Source: Octopus bimaculoides (taxonomy: Eukaryota). Taken from it: a stretch of DNA of 64,000 nt. The notes under the pieces are model-generated. The model was given only the letters and a program-made list of their open reading frames with translations, did no database searches and had not been told where the DNA came from. Position numbers and translations under genes: made by a program. The stretch is from positions 55,986,027 to 56,050,026 of the forward strand of contig NC_068992.1 in assembly GCF_001194135.2 (NCBI RefSeq), written 5' to 3'. Below are positions 12,410 to 22,718 of this stretch, piece after piece (positions within the stretch are counted from its first letter, which is position 1; each line of letters starts with the position of its first letter).

Positions 12410-12755
12410 TCTTTTACTTGTTTCAGTTATTTGACTGCGGCCATGCTGGAGCACCGCCTTTAGTCGAAGAAATTGACACCAGAACTTTTTCTTTGTAAGC
12501 ATAGTACTTATTCTATCAATCTCTTTAGCCGAACCACTAAGTTACAGGGACGTAAACACAGCACCATCGGTTGTCAAGCGATGTTGGGGAGACGAACACA
12601 GACACACAAACATACACACATGCATATATATATATATATATATATACACTACGGGCTTCTTTCAGTTTCTGTCTACCAAATTCACTCACAAGGCTTTGGT
12701 CGGCCTGAGGCTATAGTAGAAGACACTTTGCCCAAGGTGCCACGCAGTGGGACTA
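12410..12755 (-). mobile_element. SINE family 3 copy adjacent to the SRM exon 3 acceptor
   Basis: Colinear with 9488-9855. Confidence 0.85.
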
Positions 12756-13029
12756 TTTCACTTCATTGCATTATTAGTATATTAGTTTTACAGAGACAGG
12801 TACAAGTACTCAACGACGGTTACAATTTGCATGACATTGCTGGAGAAGTAAGTAGGAAGTTATACACAAGCTGCTAATGCGGGAACCAACTTACAGGGAA
12901 CAGAGTAGAGGGAGAGGTGCTCAAATATTCATTGATCAAATCTCAGACAATACAAACCTCAGTAGGGACCAGTTGCCATAAGCAAAGGAGAATGATCAGA
13001 AATTGTGGAGAGACTTTATTTTATCAGGA

Positions 13030-13800
13030 ATGTTCAACCATGGTTACAATGATTTGATTTGAAAGAGATAGCAAAATGGCCAAGTTGATAAAGTCCTCAG
13101 TGTGGAAACAAGGCCTGGAATATAAGGGCCTTAGAGCTAATTTAGCAAAAATCAAACTCCTAGTAAGTAGGAAAACAGACAAATCACAAGTCCCTTCTGG
13201 GAGATGGCCCTGCTCAATATGTAAGAAGGGTGTTGATAGAAACTCCATACATTATACCCAGTGCAAGCTTTGAACATGTAAGAGGTGTAGAGGTATCACA
13301 GGAAGGTTGATGGAGGATATAGTCTTTGTGTGTGGCAAATGTGCAGGTACAAGCACTAAAACTGCACAGACAATAGACTCCCTCGGGGGGGGGGGGTCAT
13401 TAGCAGTAGTAGATAGCTTTTGTTACGTAGGAGACCAATTTAGTAGTGGTGGAGGAAGTTCTGAAAGTGTAGTTGCTAGAATAAGAACAGGCTGGGCAAA
13501 GTTCAGGGAGCTTCTACCTTTGTTAGTAACTAAGGGCGTCTCCTTCAGAGTGAAAGACAGATTGTATGATGCCTTTGTATGTACAGCTATGTTACACAGG
13601 TGTGGAACATGGGCTTTGACTACTGAGGACTTGCAAAGGCTTGAAAGAAATGAAGCTAGCATGCTCTGCTAGATGGCTAATGTCAGTGTGCATACACAAC
13701 AGAGTGCATGTGATTTAAGAGGAAAACTGGGCATAAGAGGCATCAGATGTTGAGGTCATGTGACGTGTATGAATGAGAACAGCTGCATAAAGAGGTGCTG
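13030..13800 (+). mobile_element. Decayed LINE ORF2 C-terminal part (RTE-like)
   Basis: Broken frames WKQGLEYKGLRANLAK..C..C, VVDSFCYVGD..S.GGGS...ARIR.GWAKFREL..L..RLY, LERNE..ML, typical of the post-RT region of non-LTR retrotransposons. Confidence 0.8.
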
Positions 13801-14051
13801 TGGAGGGTACCTTTGTGTTAGTCTCTCTACCACTTGACAACCAGTGTTGGTTTGTTTGCATCCAGCAATTTGTCAAAAGAGACCAATAGAGTAAGTTCTA
13901 AACTTTAAAAAAAAAAAAACTACTGGTGTTGCTTTTTAAGGTGGAGCCCCAGCATGGCCACAATCCAATAAAGGAAACAAAAGATGAAAGATAAAGAAGA
14001 TACAGGAGAGAAAACAAAGAAAAAAAATTTAAAAAAAAAAAACAAATATCA

Positions 14052-14294
<243 letters not shown>

Positions 14295-14844
14295 TTACAT
14301 GCTACACACCCCATATCTTATATATAAGACAGGAAATCAAATAGTGAATAATAGCAGAAATAGAGAAGTAATGAGATAGAGAAATAATAGAAGGATAAAG
14401 GAAACTATATTGAATAACACTAAGTGGTATTATTAATGGAACCAAATACACACCCAAACAGAAAATTCAGACACTTATACAGCAGAAAACTGAACAATAA
14501 ACATCAGAGTATTGAAAAAAATAAGTTAACTGATAAAACATTTATAAGTTAGTGGAGAAAAGGGAGTGACTTAATTCGCGCAAATGTTGTGTGAGGTTTG
14601 TTCATTCCTACATCCACTTTCCCATGATTAGATAAATTTATCATTTTATTTCTTTTCTTTTTTTTTTTTTTAGACAAGCCTTTCCTGTCATTAACCTTTA
14701 TCTGTTTTTTTCAAATAAGGGATCTCTTATTCACGTGTTTACAAAGGCACAAAGCCAGCAACCAATGACTGGCTTGGCAGTATCATCATAAACTGCTACA
14801 AAGGCAAACGAGGAATCAAATGACCAGACCAGGTTAAGAAGGTC

Positions 14845-14883
<39 letters not shown>

Positions 14884-14889
14884 TAGAGA

Positions 14890-15620
14890 GAGACATAACA
14901 TAATTGATCGATAACAGAGTAGACCTAGATAAGCTGGAGGTTGGCTTCATGTCCAGAAGAGATCCCAAAGATGCAATCTTCCTTGTGAGGCAAGTGCTGG
15001 AGAAATATTTAGACAAGAGTAAACTACTATTCCTGGCATTCATTCACTTGAAGGCATTTGACAGGGTACCATATTCAGTAATTTGGTGGTCGCTAAGGAA
15101 ACTAGGTATGGATGAATGGCTTGTCAGGGTTGTACAAACTATGTGCAAAGATGTAGTAAGAAAAGTGAAAGTCAACAATGATTTCAGTGATGAATTTAAT
15201 GTGAGATTAAGAGTCTATCAAGTTTCGGTTCTCATCCCTAATCACAGCCCTACAAGCCATCACAGATGCGTTTAACCCTTTAGCATTTAAACTGGCTACA
15301 TCCTGCCTAATATATGTTAGAACCAACCAGATCTGGCCCCTCATACTTATCCAGCTATGTCATTCTAAAAATATCCAATTATATCATTGAAATCCCAAAG
15401 CAACAAGGTAATGCATGATTAATCCAAAATAGTTTGAATAAATAAGCATTACGTTTGACAGAGTAATCTCAATGCTAAGGAGTTAAGATTAGCTGTGCAC
15501 GGGAATATGCTGATGATCTAGTTTTCATAGCTGAATCTGTAGAGGAATTAGAGGATATGTTCCAAACATGGAAGCTAAACCTAGAACTGAGAGACCTCAA
15601 GATAAACTTAGCAAAGACTG
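14890..15620 (+). mobile_element. Decayed LINE reverse transcriptase core, interrupted by a TTAA-type MITE fragment (15275-15490)
   Basis: GFM..R...DAIFLVRQ..EK, F..LKAFDRV, V.V.....F....V.QGS-like segment, and YADDL at about 15506. Confidence 0.85.
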
Positions 15621-15754
15621 CTGAGACCCCCTTCGGTCATGACTGACTATGGGATTGCACCTAGAAAGTCTGGAAAGGCAGCAGTTGCATCAGGCTCCAA
15701 TCTTTTCTGGCAATGTTTCTACAGCTGAATGCCCTTCCTAACGCCAGCCGCTCC

Positions 15755-16222
15755 CAGAGAGTAGTGAGTGCTTTTCATGTGCCACCGACACAGGAGCCAG
15801 TCAGGTGAGCCTGGCATCGATCATGTTCGGATAGTGCATTTTATGTGTCACCAGCACGGGAGCCAGTCAGGGGGCACTGGCATCGGCCACGTTCAGATGA
15901 TGCTTTTAACGCGCCACCAGCACAGGAGCCAGACAGGCGGCCCTGGCATCGATCATGTTCGGATAGTGCTTTTTACATGCCACCAGGACAGGAGCCAGTC
16001 CAGGGGGCACTGGCATCGGCCACGTTCAGATGATGCTTTTAACGCACCACCGGCACAGGAGCCAGACAGGCGGCCCTGGCATCGGTCATGTTCGGATAGT
16101 GCGTTTTATGTGTCACCAGCACGGGAGCCAGTCAGGGGGCACTGACATCAGCCACATTCGGCTGGTGCTTTTTATGCGCCACCAGCATGGGAGCCAGTTA
16201 GGGGGTACTGGTATCGGCCACA
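15755..16222 (+). repeat. 66-bp tandem array with alternating A/B monomers (132-bp higher-order unit), about 7 monomers
   Basis: g(a/g)tcatgttcggat recurs at 15819, 15951 and 16084. Confidence 0.9.
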
Positions 16223-18201
16223 TATATATTATATAGCAATCATGTGTGTGCTCGTATGTACTCTTATCTTGGCATCATGTGATCGTTGTAAATGAGCATC
16301 ACCGTCATTCAGACAAGTAATGCTGTTCGTTTCAATCCCTTCCAGTCGTCTATGAAAAACATGTCTGGCTATGGAAAATATTATCTTGCTTGGAAACAGG
16401 TGAGACTGGGCAACAAGAACGGATCCAGCCGTAGAAAACCTGCCCCAACAAATTTCCATCTGGCGCGAGCAGGCATGGAAAACTGGACATTAAATGATAA
16501 TAGTGTAGCCATCCGGTTGCACCAGTCCTCAGTCAAATCGTCCAACCCATGCTAGCATGGAAAGCGGACGTTAAACGATGATGATGATGATGATGATTGA
16601 ATAATGTAATTATTCCGCTTTCACATACATGTAAATATTAACATTCCTACACATATTGTAATTTATTTCGTGACACGTTTTATATTCAATTTATGGACCT
16701 TGTGGCAAATAAATGGAAGAATTATTACTTTTATAATTCATATTTGATCAGCAGAAATGGTAAAGCGCTGGAATGGAAACGTTGCGCTATTTAGTTACGT
16801 CCCTTTACATTCTAAATTCCAATTCCCTCCTAGATCGACTAACGCCGTTAACCCTTCTATAGTCGAGAGAATAAGTCCCAAACAAATATTACTGTCCTAC
16901 CTGATGAACATTTTTCAATATTACAAATAAACATTTTATTAATGACCTTCAAATACATTTGTATTTTTCCAAACTAAGAGTAATAGTTGAAAGACTGACA
17001 GCTAGAAATGAATGAATAGTTGATCGACCGTTACTTATTATGTACACGTGTAAAGAAAACGGAATACATAAAATAGGATGGTCGATGTAGTTTAAAAAGT
17101 TCTGAGAAACGAATCTATATGGTTTCTTTGGTCCTCTGAAAGTTAAGCGTCAGACAAAATACTGACTACCACTACAAAATATATCTTTAAAATGGATTAT
17201 CTAAGAGAAAATAATTTCCCCTAGAATATGTAGTAGAACAATAGACAGTTAGAATATGATCGACACAAAAGAAGAATTAAAATCCTGATTCCACAGGTTT
17301 TTCAAAAATCTTCAACTTCAACAGGAGTAAAGTGCCTGGTAAGCTTACTGGACTTCACAAATGAACTTTCTTCCAGCTGTTCTGGGTTCAAATCCTGCCG
17401 AGGTTAACTGCGTCTTTCGTTCTTCCGGGTTTAATAAAATTAAGTACCAGTTAATAATATCGACTAACCCTTCTCGAAAAAATTGCTGTTCTTGTGTATA
17501 AATTAGAAACCATTATCATTATTAAAACATAGATATAAAAGAAAGAAAAGTAAGAATAATAGCAGTTTTTCGAATTAAAAAGCTATATATGAAATGTAAC
17601 AGCCAGTCAACACCATTATTATTGATTAGATACATGATCAATCGAGTATGGAAAGACTCGATTAAGGCGTCTGAACATTTTATCAGACCTCTTCCATACA
17701 GAAATGAAAGGAGGACCCAAATGAGATATGATCTCAGAACGGCGGCGGGGGGTGGGTGAGAGAGAGAGAGAGAGAGAGACTCCATGCATTAAATCGATTA
17801 CAACTAAATGGAGGAACATCATGGCAAAAAGAAAAAAAAAACGAATATTTTAATATTTAATTATTCTTGTATCTAAAAACTAAAAAGAAAACAAAACCAA
17901 GATAGAAGGAATTTTTGAAAAAAAGAGCGGGGTACGCAACAGACACATTCCACCAACATTACATAATTAAATTTTGCCGAATTCACAACCGGGCTGTAGA
18001 AAGCATGATGTTTATATCAATAAATGGAATTATATTTAAGAGAGAAAAAAATAATAAAGGAAGAAACGAAGTAACTGTTTTCCAGTCATGGGACTGCACC
18101 GGATTGTCTTCTCCAAAAGTCCCCTAAAATATCAATATCGGTGAAACAAGAGCAAAGATAGAGGGTAAAGATTTTAACGAAGTAAGAACCGAAACACTTA
18201 C

Positions 18202-18332
18202 CTCTTTAGAATCATGATGTCTTGGAAATCAGATTTTTCTTTGTGCAATACTTGTTCAATTTCCAAAGACATGCACTGACCAGGCCAGAGATCACTAACC
18301 TCACTAAACCAGCCGTCTTTTAATTTATTCAT
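18202..18332 (-). CDS. SRM: Spermidine synthase, coding exon 1 ([44 protein letters not shown])
   Basis: ATG at 18332; the WFSE..WPGQ..S.FQDI N-terminal motif is typical of aminopropyltransferases; donor AG|GTAAGT at 18201; 131 nt, phase 2. An upstream acceptor (ttctcag) at 18367-18369 gives a 34-nt UTR leader in this exon. Confidence 0.95.
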
Positions 18333-18621
18333 CGCTGTCTTTTGGTCAGTGAGAAGATTAATTGATCTGAGAATACGAGCCAAAAACAAACAGAAATGTT
18401 ATATTAGGAGACAAGCAATAATAAAATAAATAGCAATTATATATTTAAAACGAATATGGGGAAAGAATAAAGATAATGTGGTATTTGAAAAGAAAAAGAA
18501 AAATCACATTTTTGTTATGGCTTGTTTTATGTGAAGGAAATGAGAGAAGATAAGAGAGAAAATGAACAGAATATAATTTAAATAAAGGGATATTAGATAA
18601 AGTATTTAATATCGAAAGTAC

Positions 18622-18675
18622 CTGCTGGACTGTGGTTATCACAAAGCGTGATATTAAAACTTCGAGCGATCCTGT
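18622..18675 (-). other. SRM: Putative non-coding first exon (5' UTR) of SRM
   Basis: The acceptor at 18367 needs an upstream donor; CAG|GTACTT at 18621 lies just downstream of an NRF1-type motif. The 5' boundary is a guess. Confidence 0.5.
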
Positions 18676-18680
18676 ATTGG

Positions 18681-18691
18681 TGCGCATGCGC
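18681..18691. promoter_or_regulatory. NRF1/ewg-type palindromic site TGCGCATGCGC at the putative SRM promoter
   Basis: Match to the YGCGCATGCGC consensus in a locally CpG-rich patch about 60 nt upstream of the UTR donor. Confidence 0.55.
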
Positions 18692-19081
18692 CTTGCAAGT
18701 CAATTAAGCGATGAGTGAGGGAAGAGACAAACGAATCTTTATGAATACTGATGCTGGTTCGTGTCCCGCAGATAGCCTTCGACCTTTTTTTCTTTCTGTT
18801 GTTGTTGTTGTTTTTCTTTTCCTGCTAAGTTTTTTATTTTTAACCCAATATATTACATGCTATTATTAGTAATTTATAGATAATTTATATCAAATCTTTC
18901 GATTAGTCAAATAGTGCAATTGTTATATTTTTTCATATGGTCTCGCCCGAAGAGGATAGTCGTACCGATCAAAATTACAGTGACGCTGAAAAGTATCAAA
19001 TGATGGATAAGTAAGAAAAGACGGAAATAAGTGTTGTTAATGTGTATGTTTTTAAGAGATTTTATTCATAATTACTATAAA

Positions 19082-19348
19082 GAATAAAAAGTTTAGAATG
19101 GTACAACAATGCACTATAAAACAAAAAATGGACTATATACCTGTTGTAAATTGATTATCTATAGTCCGATGATATTTCGGAATTACAATTCCTTCTTCAG
19201 ATCTTCTTAGCTGGAGTCTCTGCTATAAGTTTATACAACAGGTATATGGTTCATTTTTTTGTTTTATAGTGCATTGTTGTACCATTCTAAACTTTTTTAT
19301 TCTTTACAAACAATACACAATGCTTCAAGCGAACTACAATACTCTCCT
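19082..19348. mobile_element. About 267-bp fold-back insertion carrying HH-B, flanked by a 14-bp direct repeat
   Basis: ATAATTACTATAAA at 19068-19081 and 19349-19362; inverted arms 19078-19148 / 19234-19306. Confidence 0.6.
19160..19211 (-). ncRNA. Minimal type I hammerhead-like motif (HH-B) inside a 70-bp inverted repeat
   Basis: CUGAAGA (plus tcttcag 19194-19200), extra A, stem II GGAAUU/AAUUCC, GAAA (19178-19175), palindromic AUAU stem III, AUC site, 3-bp stem I GAU/AUC with a possible CUA.AG/CU.UAG extension. Confidence 0.55.
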
Positions 19349-19419
19349 ATAATTACTATAAATCGTCATAATTTATCAAAGTCCCTGGAAATAAACTTCA
19401 AATAATAATTATGTTTATT

Positions 19420-19630
19420 TTGGAGCAAAAATGGCACAACAGAACTTTTTCGTAGGGAAATTGTACGGAAAACGACTTCCAGGCCATATTCCAAAAGTGG
19501 CAGGAACGCTGGAACTGGTGTATTGCGGCGCAAGGTGACTGTTTCAAAGGAGGTGATGTTAAAACTTCTGTAAATAAGTTATCTTTTATTAAATATAACT
19601 ATCCCGGGAACCTTTTGATATCACCTTGTA
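19420..19630 (+). mobile_element. Mariner 3' end with terminal inverted repeat
   Basis: FQ..FQKWQERWNWCIAAQGDCF C-terminus followed by ccgggaaccttttgatatcaccttgTA. Confidence 0.7.
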
Positions 19631-20249
19631 AATGCTAAATGGTTAAAGAGGCCATGACAAGATTTGAACTCAGACTGCAAAAAGCCGCCAGACATTTGAC
19701 CTGATGCTCTTTAAGTTCTGCAAATCGATGACCCGGATTTGGCACTTTTTTTTTTTAATTTTTGATTGAATGAATGAAAAATCAAAATTGATCTTGTTGA
19801 CCTTTGTGAGATTTGAACTCAGAGCACAGAGAATAAGGCTCAAATGACTCAGCCAATTTCCTGTCTTCATCTTCATCATTGTCACTATTTAAACATCTGC
19901 TTTTCCAAGCTTTGCATGGGTCAGACAGAGTTTACTGTGGCAGATTTTTCTACAGCCGGATGCCCTTCCTGACGCAAACCCTAACCTGTTTTCATGCAAG
20001 GTGATATATCCGAAAGACCAGACATATTTTTGCAGGACATTAGAAATGAATGGTGCTGTTTGAATAATGGTAACATTCATTAACAGTGACCATGCAATGC
20101 CAAGAATCTCCTAGCTTTGTTGCTTGTTGATATCTCTACTGCATTCTCCTTCATGAGATCAGTACATACAGTGGCAGACTGGCCAGGTTGCCCAATGGCA
20201 AGTGGGTCCCTTGGACATTAGAATCCACTTTTCATCGCAAGTTACAATA

Positions 20250-20870
20250 CAGTCGAGAAATGGATCGGTATGGCCACCAAGATGAAACTATGAGCAAATT
20301 TCATATCTGGGCATTTTCTGATTTTCCTTCAAATCTAAAATGCTCGACAAATGATTTGTCGAGCTTTTGATCGCATGCAAATGGTTACAGGCAAATTTCT
20401 GGCTAACCTGAAGTTCTTTTGCCAGTTCTCGAGTGGTTTTACGTGGATCTTTCTCAATGATGGTCTTTAATTGACAGTCATCGATAACAGATGGGCATCC
20501 ACTACACTCCCAATCTTCAAGGTTCAAGTCTCCACTGTGAAATCGTTTAAACCATTTTCAAGCTGACCACTCACTGGTCATTTCCTCACCAAACGTTTCG
20601 TTGAAATTGCAAGCAGTTTCAGCTGCTTTACGTCCTTTTTTGAAGTCGAATAACAAAATTGTTCAAATATTGCAATTTGACAGTTTCATTTCAGATGATT
20701 GTAACAACTGGGGAAAAAAAAAATCAATGTTAATTTATTGATGCATCTGGGCAAGACTATGTCTGTATTATTAGACAATTGCAAAAAATTGTTTTAAAAA
20801 AATTCAAAACTCTGCAAAAATCCGGTACAAATTCTTCTTGGTTCAAAATGTTGCATACATTTTACTCAAC
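20250..20870 (-). mobile_element. Mariner transposase N-terminal (HTH) remnant
   Basis: LKTIIEKDPRKTTRELAKELQVSQ in ORF 20288-20527. Confidence 0.75.
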
Positions 20871-21299
20871 CTGATATATAGGGTGGGGTAAAATAAGTAA
20901 TTTCTGATTTCTTATTTTTTCCCTACTTGTTTGAAACTACTACATTGCAAGTATTGCATGATTTGTTCTGTTGCGTCATCTTTGAGAGTAAAAATTGATC
21001 GGCATAGCTGTTGAAGTTGAGAGAGTTTTGAGACACAATCAGGTGACAAGTACTTTGCTTTCAAGAAATTTACTTCTCAACTTCGAGGTTGCTAATAAAA
21101 TATCTGGATAATTTTTTATGTTTAACAATTAATATGCTTTTCTCTGTTGGATTCCATGTCAATTTTTTCTCACTCTAATGTCTAATTTTCCATTCTCAAA
21201 AAAATGATGTGTAAGCTGGGGCAAAATGAGTAATGACTAATTTCAATAATGGCAGAGTTTTGGATCAGAACACTCACATGTTGGATTTTCTCTGTTTCA

Positions 21300-22020
21300 G
21301 AATTTGTCTCATGTGTGAACGCTACCAGTGTGACTTTTCAAGCCCACAAGTGACCCACACATTCTAGTACAGACGTTATGTACATAATTGCTCCCAACAA
21401 CATGAGCCACTTGTTGGTCATCATGCACTTTCATGTGATGTTTCAATCCCTCAGCTGATAGGCAAACTTTGCCACTTTCATGCCATATTGTTATGCTGTG
21501 TATGGCACAACCCAAGTTAACTCTCTGTATATGACTTCTTTTCAGTTCTGCTCTGCTGAAGCAAACCCTCCTACATTCATTGTGTATCAACTTACTTTAG
21601 TCACCAACATTTCCTGGAGATATCATATCTACATCCTTACCAGTGTCCTGCTTAAACTTTACTTGATTTCCTCGAGCCATTTCAAAGTTCTCATTTCCAT
21701 TATATACTGCTTTCCGCCATCTTGCCTGGTCAGTTACAGTACTTTCCCAATCCTTTTTAAAGATTTTAGATTTCTTCAACATTTATTGAGACAGAGGGAC
21801 AGATGAAGCCATTCTCCAAGCAGCAAGAGTAAGGCCCCTGCATGCAACTGTAACTAAACGACGAATGAGAATGGCTGGACATATTAAGACTGCCAGAGGA
21901 AAGGCTTCCCAAAACAGCCAAGGGCTGGATGCTGCTGGAAGGCAAGAGAAAAAGAGACTGGTCAAGGAAGACATGGCATAGTACCTTCAAAGAAGATCTA
22001 CACAGGCTGAATATCACCTG
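21300..22020 (-). mobile_element. RTE-type LINE 3' end with a C2H2-like tail
   Basis: WES...D...WRKAV..G and C..C.R.C.S.VGL.SH motifs in ORFs 21309-21782; R..WLGH..RM-like segment near 21860-21900. Confidence 0.7.
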
Positions 22021-22229
22021 GAAAGAAGCATACTGGTTCTATCTCTAAACCTCATCTTAGGTTTATGAGGTGGATGCTTTCCATTTCTCAGCTACTTCAG
22101 AGTCCTGCAATCCTCCATTCTCACTAAGTGATCCACCTATTGGAGTTTGTGCTGCAAAATGATTAACTCAGTACTTTCACAGCGACTTCTTTCAAAGACC
22201 TCAACATCACTCATATACACTTTCCAATA

Positions 22230-22718
22230 CAAGCCCAAGATATGACATAGACATTACTGTTAGAAGCACTCCAGCTGTTTCAGGTGCTTTCAGTCAGGTA
22301 CCCATATCTTGCAAACATAAAACATGGAGGATAACACATATAAATCTTCACTTTTGTATTGATAGAGGGCTTATGTGTTGGAGCATTGCCCTGATGAAAC
22401 AAGACCCTCTTTTGCCAGTTTTTCTGGTTGATCAGCCTCCCTATTCCCTTGATTTGGCCCCCATCTGACCATCATCTGTTCCTCAACATGAAAAAACACT
22501 TAGCTGAAAAACCAGTATCACAGTGGTGATGAAGTCATTTCAGCTGTTGATGACTTTTTTGACCAACAAGACGAAAGCTTCTTCACCAATGGGATCCAAT
22601 GGGATGTAACACCAATGGAAGAAATGTGTGATCCACAAGGGAGACTATGTTGAAAAATAACCCCCATTTGGTTACATTTCATCAGAGTATTTTGATCAGC
22701 CTATGAACTTTTCAGCCT
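22230..22718. mobile_element. Rearranged mariner: minus-strand VLFHQ.NAP.H piece abutting a plus-strand C-terminus and TIR
   Basis: Minus 22360-22420 reads RVLFHQGNAPTH; plus 22435-22660 reads P.SLDL.PSDHHLF.NMKKHL...FF..Q...FF..GI...WKKCV...GDYVEK*; TIR end cagcctatgaacttttcagcc. Confidence 0.75.

Noticed and set aside
15768-16236. Repetitive 62-125 aa ORFs
   Set aside because: Produced by the 66-bp tandem array (period divisible by 3); no splice context or homology.
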